A stretch of 64,000 bases of DNA from Berkelbacteria bacterium GW2011_GWE1_39_12. GTDB taxonomy: Bacteria > Patescibacteriota > UBA1384 > UBA12157. Shown here piece after piece: positions 56,720 through 64,000 of this stretch (within the stretch, counting starts at the first letter, position 1; the number at the start of each line of letters is the position of its first letter). Below the pieces are notes generated by a model. The model saw nothing but the letters and a program-made list of their open reading frames with translations, was not told the DNA's origin and did no database searches. Both the position numbers and the translations under genes were made by a program. The DNA lies in contig CP011213.1 of the NCBI GenBank assembly GCA_001029735.1, positions 332,288 to 396,287 on the forward strand, in the 5' to 3' direction.

Positions 56720-57640
56720 ATGTGGCCGTTTGGCAAAGTTCAAAAAGGAACACAAATGTCAACAAATAGACCAAAAATTCGAAAAGCCGTAATTCCGGCT
56801 GCAGGTTATGGTACCAGATTTTTACCTATGACCAAAGCCAGCCCAAAAGAAATGTTGCCAATCATTGACAAACCGGTTATTCAATATGTCGTTGAAGAAG
56901 CAGTGGCTTCTGGAATTGAAGATATTATTATTGTCACTGGATACAATAAAAGAGCCATTGAGGATCATTTTGATCACGGCTTGGAGTTGGAAAACTACTT
57001 AAAAGAACGCGGCAAGACTGAACAACTTGAAGAGTGTCAGAAAATTGCAGAGATGGCTAACTTTATTTATATTCGCCAGAAAGGCCCCTATGGCAACGGC
57101 ACGCCAATCTTAAACGCCGAAGCAATTATCGGCGATGAGCCGTTTGCTGTTTTATGGGGTGACGAATTTATCTATTCCGAACCGCCTCGATTAAAACAAA
57201 TGATCGAAGTTTATGAAAAATATGGTGATCCAGTTATTTCTGGTGTTAGGATTCCAAATAAAAAAGATTTAAGCAAATACGGCATTGCCAAAATTCATCC
57301 GGTTGAAGATAAGGTCTTTGAAATTGAAGAGATTGTTGAAAAACCTGAACCGGACCAAGCACCGTCGGATTTAGCCACTCATGGCGCATATATCCTTACG
57401 CCGGACATATTTGACGCTCTGAGAAGTATCGAACCAGGTAAAGGAGGTGAAATTTGGCTAACAGACGGGATTAACGCACTAAAGAAAAATCATAAAATAT
57501 ATGCTCGAGAAATTGAAAACAGTAAATACTATGACACTGGTAACAAACTGGAATACCTGAAGGCAAACGTGGACTTCGGTTTAAAACGCGCTGATATCAA
57601 CGGGGATTTTAAAGAATATTTAAAAAATTTAGATATTTAG
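56720..57640 (+). CDS. galU: UTP--glucose-1-phosphate uridylyltransferase
   Basis: KAVIPAAGYGTRFLPMTKASPKEMLP, VEKP, GEIWLTD. Confidence 0.93.
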   Translation: MWPFGKVQKGTQMSTNRPKIRKAVIPAAGYGTRFLPMTKASPKEMLPIIDKPVIQYVVEEAVASGIEDIIIVTGYNKRAIEDHFDHGLELENYLKERGKTEQLEECQKIAEMANFIYIRQKGPYGNGTPILNAEAIIGDEPFAVLWGDEFIYSEPPRLKQMIEVYEKYGDPVISGVRIPNKKDLSKYGIAKIHPVEDKVFEIEEIVEKPEPDQAPSDLATHGAYILTPDIFDALRSIEPGKGGEIWLTDGINALKKNHKIYAREIENSKYYDTGNKLEYLKANVDFGLKRADINGDFKEYLKNLDI

Positions 57641-57649
57641 ACTAAAAAG

Positions 57650-59095
57650 TTGGAGGGTATTTTGAATAACATGACTAACGCACCCATGAATACAGATGGG
57701 TCAAACCCAGGACTTGGCGGCCTTCTAAAAGGCCGGGGATTGGTACTTACTGGCGCTGGCTTACTCATTGTTATACTAATTATTGTTGTTATTGTAATCG
57801 GGAGTAGCGGTGGAAAGAAAACGGCAACCACTGTAAAGAGCAGTAATTCTTTGGTTATTTGGGGAACCGAACCCTCAGCGAACTTTGATGGTCTTATCAC
57901 CAACTTCCAGAGTAAAAATACGGGATATAAAATAACGTATGTTCAAAAGGACTCCTCAACATATCTTACCGACTCCCTCAATGCCATATCGAGTGGCACC
58001 GGGCCTGACGTTTGGGCAGTCCCAAATACCTGGATGGCAAAATATCATACTAGCATGATTCCAATGACAACTGACTTAATTGCCGATAAAAAAGCCAAAA
58101 AAACCGATGCTGATGTCTATAAAACCCTTTTTCCTAAAGTTATCGTTCAAGATAATATAATTGCTGACAAAATCTACGGCATTCCGATGTCTATAGATAA
58201 CCTAGTACTCTTCTATAATAAAACAATCTTAACAAAGACACTCAACGAATATTTTGCCGCCGGTAATAAAGATTTGGATGGCTCTATTGCTCAGATGTTC
58301 ACAACCGGACCTAAATCTTGGGACGATTTTGTAAAGCTTTCGAAAATGGTAACCAAAAAGGAAGGCTCAAATATCACACAATCAGCCATCGCTCTAGGCA
58401 CACCCGATAACGTTAGAGCAAGTGCTGATATTTTAACTCTTTTAATGCTGCAAGACGGTGCAAAAATGGTTTCTAGTAATTTAGATAGTGCCAATTTTGC
58501 TAATGCTGAAAATGTTTTCAATGGACAACAATTTCCTGGTGCTCAAGCGCTTAATTTTTATACCGCTTTTGCAAATCCAGGCAATAGTCTTTACACGTGG
58601 AACAGCTCCATAACCGATAGTCTGCATGCCTTTGCGAACGGGCAAACAGCCATGATGATAGATTATTTAGCTGCAACCACCGATGTTAGCCGAATTAATC
58701 CAAATGCGAATATTGGAACATTTTCAGTTCCCCAAGTAAAGGAAACCTCTAATCCTGTGGACTATTCTTCTTACATAACATATACAGTCCCAAAATCATC
58801 CCCTAATTCTGTTTTAGCCTGGCAATTTATCAACTTTATCGCTAATTCGGCTTCAACAACCGCCTATACCAGTAAAACCCAGTCGCAACCAGTACTTTTG
58901 AGCTCTATAACGTCTAATTCTGCGAGAGGAAAACGCATTATCAACTCACAAACTTGGTATATGCCTGATCCGGTTTTAACGCCGCCGATTTTAAAGAATG
59001 CTATCAAGCAGGTTAACGACGGTAAAAATGCTCAAACAGCGATTGAATATGCAGCTTCGCAAGTTACTGATTTACTTAAGAAGTTAAAGAATTAA
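57650..59095 (+). CDS. Membrane-anchored extracellular solute-binding protein (family 1)
   Basis: N-terminal TM, GPDV, YGIPMSIDNLVLFYNK, PKSWDDF, FANGQTAMMI. Confidence 0.85.
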   Translation: MEGILNNMTNAPMNTDGSNPGLGGLLKGRGLVLTGAGLLIVILIIVVIVIGSSGGKKTATTVKSSNSLVIWGTEPSANFDGLITNFQSKNTGYKITYVQKDSSTYLTDSLNAISSGTGPDVWAVPNTWMAKYHTSMIPMTTDLIADKKAKKTDADVYKTLFPKVIVQDNIIADKIYGIPMSIDNLVLFYNKTILTKTLNEYFAAGNKDLDGSIAQMFTTGPKSWDDFVKLSKMVTKKEGSNITQSAIALGTPDNVRASADILTLLMLQDGAKMVSSNLDSANFANAENVFNGQQFPGAQALNFYTAFANPGNSLYTWNSSITDSLHAFANGQTAMMIDYLAATTDVSRINPNANIGTFSVPQVKETSNPVDYSSYITYTVPKSSPNSVLAWQFINFIANSASTTAYTSKTQSQPVLLSSITSNSARGKRIINSQTWYMPDPVLTPPILKNAIKQVNDGKNAQTAIEYAASQVTDLLKKLKN

Positions 59096-59096
59096 T

Positions 59097-59399
59097 ATGA
59101 TTAATTTATTAAAAGATTTACCAATAATTTCCAGAGCATATGCTCAACCCACGGCCGTTGTTACAGATATTGGACACGCAGTTAATTTTGGTGATTATAT
59201 TAATAACGTCATAAATGTGATTACTCCAATATTAGGCAGTATTGCTTTGTTGGTTTTCATTATTGCCGGCTATCTCTATATCACCAGTCAGGGAGATCAG
59301 AGTAAAATTGGGCTTGCCAAAGAGTTGATTATTGGAGTAATCACTGGTATTTTACTTTTATTTCTAATTAATGTTCTTAAAACTCAAATAGGATTTTAA
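59097..59399 (+). CDS. TrbC/VirB2-like pilin
   Basis: AYA leader, IIAGYLYITSQGD...AK...ITG. Confidence 0.8.
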   Translation: MINLLKDLPIISRAYAQPTAVVTDIGHAVNFGDYINNVINVITPILGSIALLVFIIAGYLYITSQGDQSKIGLAKELIIGVITGILLLFLINVLKTQIGF

Positions 59400-59729
59400 A
59401 TGCAAGATTTGTTCATTTTTCTTAACCAAGCTAAGGCACAAAGCGATACATTAGTTGGTGTCACAGAGGTAAGATCGTCGGCATCAAACTTTTCTAACGT
59501 TCATGAGGTTGTAGCAGGTGCTATTACCTGGATAACCGTCATTGCATCGGCGCTTTTACTTATTGCAATTATTTATTCAGGTATAATGTATATAACAAGC
59601 GGCGGTGATCAGACAAAGGCAGAAAACGCCAAAAAGAATTTACTCTGGGCAATTATCGGTATGTTCGTGATTTTGTTTTCGTACACTGTCATTGAATATC
59701 TACCTAATTTTATAGAAAGTGCACCATGA
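59400..59729 (+). CDS. TrbC/VirB2-like pilin
   Basis: IYSGIMYITSGGD...AKKNLLWAIIG. Confidence 0.82.
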   Translation: MQDLFIFLNQAKAQSDTLVGVTEVRSSASNFSNVHEVVAGAITWITVIASALLLIAIIYSGIMYITSGGDQTKAENAKKNLLWAIIGMFVILFSYTVIEYLPNFIESAP

Positions 59730-60055
59730 AGATAATTGCGTTAAAAGAAATCGCGCAAGCGACTCAAGTTATTCCCAGCGTACCCGGTGGATCAGAAAAC
59801 TTTGACTGGGGTAATTCGGTGAGCCCGCTTATTCAGAATATTACAACTATTGCCTTGGATATCGTCGGCGGGATAGCAATGCTATATATGATAATTGGTG
59901 CTATTCAATATTTCACTGCCTATGGTGACGAATCAAAGGCCACTGCAGGCAAAACCACCTTACTTTGGGCAATCGTTGGTTTAGTTGTTATAGTTGTTTC
60001 CAGAATAATCATCGGGTGGGTTTTCAGCTTTGTTACAACAACCTCAGCCTTCTAA
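59726..60055 (+). CDS. TrbC/VirB2-like pilin
   Basis: IIGAIQYFTAYGD...GKTTLLWAIVG. Confidence 0.82.
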   Translation: MKIIALKEIAQATQVIPSVPGGSENFDWGNSVSPLIQNITTIALDIVGGIAMLYMIIGAIQYFTAYGDESKATAGKTTLLWAIVGLVVIVVSRIIIGWVFSFVTTTSAF

Positions 60056-60114
60056 TTTGACAAAATAGTCAGCGCAATTTAAGATGTAGTTAAAGTATAT
60101 AACAAGGAGGTCGA

Positions 60115-60435
60115 ATGTTTAGTTTTATCGAACGAGCTCATGCTCAGGTATCAACAATACCGAGTCTAGCACCAACAACTACCCCGTTAAACCCCTCGCA
60201 ATTGGCTTTAAACATAGTTAACTGGATTCTTTGGGCAGCCGGTTTCATTGCTGTTGCTTATCTTGTCTATGGTGGTATTCTTTACATTACGGCCGGCGGG
60301 GACGCAGAAAAAGCAACCAAGGGCCGCACAGCCGTTATCAATGCCATTATCGGTGTCATCATCATCGTTTTGGCAGTAGCTCTTGTAAACTGGGCACAAG
60401 ATGCCGCAGGTTCTAATTTAACACCTGGTCAGTAA
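60115..60435 (+). CDS. TrbC/VirB2-like pilin with its own promoter
   Basis: VYGGILYITAGGD...GRTAVINAIIG; TTGACA-17-TAAGAT (60057-60085), AAGGAGG RBS. Confidence 0.85.
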   Translation: MFSFIERAHAQVSTIPSLAPTTTPLNPSQLALNIVNWILWAAGFIAVAYLVYGGILYITAGGDAEKATKGRTAVINAIIGVIIIVLAVALVNWAQDAAGSNLTPGQ

Positions 60436-60450
60436 ACTTATCTAAGTAAG

Positions 60451-60487
60451 AAAAAACCGCCCCGGATTAACCATGGGCGGTTTTTTT
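60451..60487. terminator. Bidirectional intrinsic terminator
   Basis: AAAAAACCGCCC...GGGCGGTTTTTTT between convergent genes. Confidence 0.85.
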
Positions 60488-60496
60488 GTGTTCGAT

Positions 60497-61267
60497 TCAA
60501 CGGATCTGGAGTGTGTCGCCCGACTGGGGCCGACATTTTTCCATGTCCGCAGTAACTATTATATGGTCGCCGTCAATATCTCTCACTCGATAGCGAGCGA
60601 TCACTTCGCAACCTTTCTTCTTGAAGACAAGCACGGTCGAACCGTTATTGTCTTTTACGAAGACATTCCTCTGTTCTCTCAGAACAAAGGAGGTTACCTC
60701 TTCGTAGGAGCCATCGGCGCACGATCGTGCGACTGTGTATTTACAGTTGGCTTCCAATGAGAAACCCTTCGCGTTCTCCGTGTTCCAAGGGTTATTACAG
60801 TAAACCGGGGCCGCTTGATGAACAACTACATTCTGCTGCGGTGCTACTACTATTTCTTGCTGAGGAGCAACGACTACGGGCTGAGAAGTATAGACGGGCT
60901 GTTCCTGAGGATAGTCATTACATCCAACAGGAACTCGCTCGTCCCAAGGCTGGGCTTTGTGACCAATATTCACATTGATAGTGTCGATATTGATCTTCAA
61001 CTTTGGACGATTGCTTCTGCTCTGTTGCCGATAACTATACCGGGGCTGAGGCTGATACCTGTTGTCATGGCCATAACCTCTGTCCCCACGGTCATGTCTA
61101 TATTGAGGCGCATAGAACGTATTGCGAGCAATCGGAGCATGAAACGTGTTACGAGCGATAGGCGCATGAAACGTGTTTTGTGCAACTGGTGCACGGTATG
61201 CGCTAACAGGGGCGACCATCAAGGCCGCCAGAAGAACTACCATTGCTACCATAACTGAGATTCTCAT
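60497..61267 (-). CDS. Secreted hypothetical protein with low-complexity repeats
   Basis: Signal peptide from ATG 61267 (GAGGAG RBS); three 9-aa AP(V/I)AxNTF(H/Y) repeats. Confidence 0.7.
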   Translation of the reverse strand: MRISVMVAMVVLLAALMVAPVSAYRAPVAQNTFHAPIARNTFHAPIARNTFYAPQYRHDRGDRGYGHDNRYQPQPRYSYRQQSRSNRPKLKINIDTINVNIGHKAQPWDERVPVGCNDYPQEQPVYTSQPVVVAPQQEIVVAPQQNVVVHQAAPVYCNNPWNTENAKGFSLEANCKYTVARSCADGSYEEVTSFVLREQRNVFVKDNNGSTVLVFKKKGCEVIARYRVRDIDGDHIIVTADMEKCRPQSGDTLQIR

Positions 61268-61400
61268 CTGTTTTCTCCTCATATAAGCAAGATAGGTGCC
61301 GAACCTGTTACACAGGTTCAAACACCTTATCAAACACTGAACCATATTCAGTTTTTAATGAACATGTTATCATATCACAAAAAACAGGTTTTGTCAACCT

Positions 61401-61480
61401 GTCGTAAGTCATAAAGTCTTCAAGTCGAAAGTCAAAAAAGTGCTTTCTTTACGGACTTTTAACTTTAAGAACTTTTGACT
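61401..61480. repeat. Inverted array of ~7-8 nt AAGTC/GACTT repeats
   Basis: GTCGTAA-GTCATAAA-GTCTTCAA-GTCGAAA-GTCAAAA followed by GACTTTT-AACTTT-AACTTTT-GACT. Confidence 0.65.
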
Positions 61481-61483
61481 ATT

Positions 61484-63070
61484 CTACTGCTTAGTGACGC
61501 GCTCTATTTCTTCTTTGGTCGTTAAACCCTGCGCCACTTTTTCCATTCCGTCTTCATACATTGTTTTCATGCCCAAACGATGAGCGGTTTCTTCAAAATC
61601 GCGAAGAGGCGCTTGTTTTTGAATTAGGTCATCAATCTCGCGGCTTGGGGTTAGAACTTCAACAATACCGATACGTCCTTTAAATCCTGTTTTATGGCAA
61701 ACCTCACAGCCTTGCCCTTTACACTTTTGACAGATTTTTCGTACCAATCGTTGAGCAATAATTAAGTTAATAGAACCAGCCAAAAGATAAGGCGGGATCC
61801 CCATTTCCATAAGACGCGCTAAAGCCGCCGGCGCATTGTTTGTGTGAAGCGTGCTGAGCACTAAATGTCCCGTCAGCGCAGCTTGCAAGGCTGTGTTTGC
61901 GGTTTCTGCATCGCGAATTTCCCCTACCATCAGAATGTCAGGATCTTGTCTTAGACAAGCTCTTAGCGCGTTAGCGAAAGTTGTGCTTTCGCGATTTGTT
62001 CTTTGCTCGCTATCTTCAGTACCTTCACTGTTTTTCATCTGCGCGCTTGTGTCGCCTGTTTCAATTTGAATTTGTTCAATCCCGTCAATTCTATATTCAA
62101 TCGGATTTTCTAAAGTAATAATTTTTTTACCCGGTTCGTTCAATTTTTGCAAAATTGCATACAGAGTAGTGGTTTTACCTGAACCAGTTGGACCGGTATT
62201 TAAGACTAAACCTTGTGGTTTGGAGATTGCTTCTTTGATCACTTCCATCGCACCCTTGTTAAATCCAAGCGTTTCCAAGTCCACAAATTTTTTCTTTTTC
62301 GGTAGTAATCTCATGACAATCGCTTCGCCATAGGATGTTGGCAAAGTTGACACACGAATATCCATCGTTTCTTCTATAACCGTTACTTCGAAACGACCAT
62401 CTTGAGGATTGTTAACATCTAGTTTTAGCTTGGCCAAATACTTAATTCTGGCGGCGATTGCATGGAAACCTGATGGCGGCAGCTTGGCCACATCCTGCAA
62501 AACTCCGTCAATACGATAACGGATTCTGAAATCATTTTCTTGTGGTTCAATATGAATATCTGTTGCATCATTTTTGACAGCACCGGCAAAAACAACATCT
62601 AATAATTCAGTAGTCGAAACTTTCGTAATTTTTTCCTTCAGGTCAGAAAAAGATTGAATTTGATCTTCAAAACTTTTTTGATTGTCGGCGGTGACGGAAA
62701 CCTTATCATTTTTTTCAATTTCAGGGAGCAAAGTTTGATATAAAGTCAGCCCGTAACGCATCGAGGTATTGGAGCAGAGGGATAGCACAATTTCGTTTTG
62801 AGTCGCTAATTTTAGCTTGGCGATGTATTCCTTTAAACCAGGGTCTGCCGGCCGATCTGAAACGACTCTAATAGTTTTGCCCATTCTTAAATAAGCAATT
62901 ACTTCATGAACAAAAGCCTCTTCTTTTGGGATAATATGCAAAACATCAGGAGCAACGGGATAACCTATAAGATTAACGTAGTCCATCTTCATGTGTTCAG
63001 CATTTTCTTTGGCGTGTTTTTCCTCGTCTTCTCGAGCAAATTGTTGGAGTGTCAGGTCAATATCTGCCAT
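61484..63070 (-). CDS. Type II/IV secretion-pilus assembly ATPase (PilB/GspE)
   Basis: ATDIHIEP, RIDGVL, PQDGR, GPTGSGKTTT, RQDPDILMVGEIRD, TGHLVLSTLHTN. Confidence 0.93.
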   Translation of the reverse strand: MADIDLTLQQFAREDEEKHAKENAEHMKMDYVNLIGYPVAPDVLHIIPKEEAFVHEVIAYLRMGKTIRVVSDRPADPGLKEYIAKLKLATQNEIVLSLCSNTSMRYGLTLYQTLLPEIEKNDKVSVTADNQKSFEDQIQSFSDLKEKITKVSTTELLDVVFAGAVKNDATDIHIEPQENDFRIRYRIDGVLQDVAKLPPSGFHAIAARIKYLAKLKLDVNNPQDGRFEVTVIEETMDIRVSTLPTSYGEAIVMRLLPKKKKFVDLETLGFNKGAMEVIKEAISKPQGLVLNTGPTGSGKTTTLYAILQKLNEPGKKIITLENPIEYRIDGIEQIQIETGDTSAQMKNSEGTEDSEQRTNRESTTFANALRACLRQDPDILMVGEIRDAETANTALQAALTGHLVLSTLHTNNAPAALARLMEMGIPPYLLAGSINLIIAQRLVRKICQKCKGQGCEVCHKTGFKGRIGIVEVLTPSREIDDLIQKQAPLRDFEETAHRLGMKTMYEDGMEKVAQGLTTKEEIERVTKQ

Positions 63071-63323
63071 TTATAGTCTCCTTCGAAATTTAAATCTAAT
63101 TTAATGATAGCACTAGCGCTAAAAAACTCCAAAACCTTTTGCACGCCAATCCTACTTATCTTGACAGATTCAATTAAATATGATAGTATGTTAGTTGTGC
63201 TCGAGTTGAGATTGGCAAATTAGCTACAAGATTTAGGTTTTTTTAGCTAATTTGGCTCTCTTGACTGATTTCCTGCGGAGAGAGTAAGAACGGACCCAAG
63301 TGGTCTATTCAAGGGGAAAGTAC

Positions 63324-64000
63324 GTGAAAAAACTAGTTGTTTTATCGCTCGAGGTTCTTCTCGTTGTCTTGGCGCTTTTATGCGCCATCGTCCCGACAAT
63401 GGCCGGTGGACCAGATTCCCAGTTTAACGGCGTTCAGTTGGGCTTTGCCCAGCAGGTCTGGGGCGGTTGGTACGCAGCCGAAGTGTCGCCGCAAGGAATC
63501 GTCGTCCATCAGGGACAAACAATACTTCTCGAAGCTTGGGATACAGACTCAAGCAAACTCGAGACCGAATGGAAACCGGTCTTCATAGATCAGGGAATTT
63601 TCGGCAGTCTCTGGGGGTTTGTAACTTGGACCCCCACTGTTGTAGGCAAAGGGCAAATGTATCTTTTTGCCAAGAAACATCCTTCTCCCGCCGACACCAT
63701 CTCTGCGGTTTTTGAGCACGATATAGTGGTGGCGCCGGCTTTCGACCCGAGCTTGAAGATGTTCGCCCAGGCGTTTTACAATCCTGGGGATTACAGATAT
63801 GCCAGGATTGAGGTTCAGATCTGGAATGAGACCATTAATCCAACCGGAATAATGTTCAAACTCCAGGATGACGGCAATGGATTCTTCACGATCTTTGCCA
63901 GGAACACTCTTGGCACAGTCGTGAGCCAGTACCACGTATATGTCCAGCAACGCGATGATATCACGTATACAGTGAGTGGTATCGTCGTCAACGGGTACCG
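63324..64000 (+). CDS. Secreted hypothetical protein, truncated by the window end (absent from ORF track)
   Basis: GTG at 63324 after AAGGGG; KKLVVLSLEVLLVVLALLCAIVPTMA-GGPDS...; frame open to 64000; promoter TTGACA-17-TAGTAT (63161-63189). Confidence 0.75.
   Translation, partial: MKKLVVLSLEVLLVVLALLCAIVPTMAGGPDSQFNGVQLGFAQQVWGGWYAAEVSPQGIVVHQGQTILLEAWDTDSSKLETEWKPVFIDQGIFGSLWGFVTWTPTVVGKGQMYLFAKKHPSPADTISAVFEHDIVVAPAFDPSLKMFAQAFYNPGDYRYARIEVQIWNETINPTGIMFKLQDDGNGFFTIFARNTLGTVVSQYHVYVQQRDDITYTVSGIVVNGY

Noticed and set aside
3668-62069. Many 60-150 aa ORFs nested in or antisense to well-supported genes
   Set aside because: No recognisable motifs or RBS; expected shadow ORFs
63337-63950. Track ORFs 63337..63588, 63467..63715 and 63549..63950
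   Set aside because: They overlap a longer frame from GTG 63324 that has an RBS, promoter and signal peptide

Overview
Bacterial chromosomal window whose gene content suggests Patescibacteria/CPR (inference from TrbC/VirB2-like pilin array, PilB/GspE ATPase, ComF, two TrmB-type regulators, many GT-C membrane proteins and orphan genes). 1-39.5 kb is mostly surface-glycan synthesis: GT4/GT2 operon with a flippase, a pseudaminic-acid cluster (pseB, pseC, pseF, pseH-like, pseI, amidotransferase plus HisH/HisF-like pair; no recognisable pseG), two capsule-synthesis-family transferases and an epimerase/2-epimerase fusion. It is interrupted by three tRNAs (Arg-GCG, Ser-TGA, Ser-GCT), ppaC, plsC and lysA-dapL. 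39.5-52 kb is an accessory region of one- or two-gene promoter-ORF-terminator cassettes. 52-64 kb holds comF, hsp20, galU, pilins and the pilus ATPase. Four non-coding signals stand out. (1) All three tRNAs are preceded by two ~52-63 nt hairpin units, each starting with a copy of that tRNA's 5' end; the unit types are shared and swapped in order between the two Ser loci, with a GIY-YIG nuclease gene between them. (2) The first 20 codons of a glycosyltransferase occur three times, one copy synonymously recoded, each break followed by a GCGG-AATT hairpin motif that recurs at other glycan-gene junctions. (3) A ~138-nt structured RNA-like element occurs twice in an ~800-bp gene-free gap at 45 kb. 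(4) A four-helix-bundle (IVP/Avd-like) gene is enclosed by mutually complementary low-complexity repeat arms. All calls come from reading the sequence; no database searches were run.
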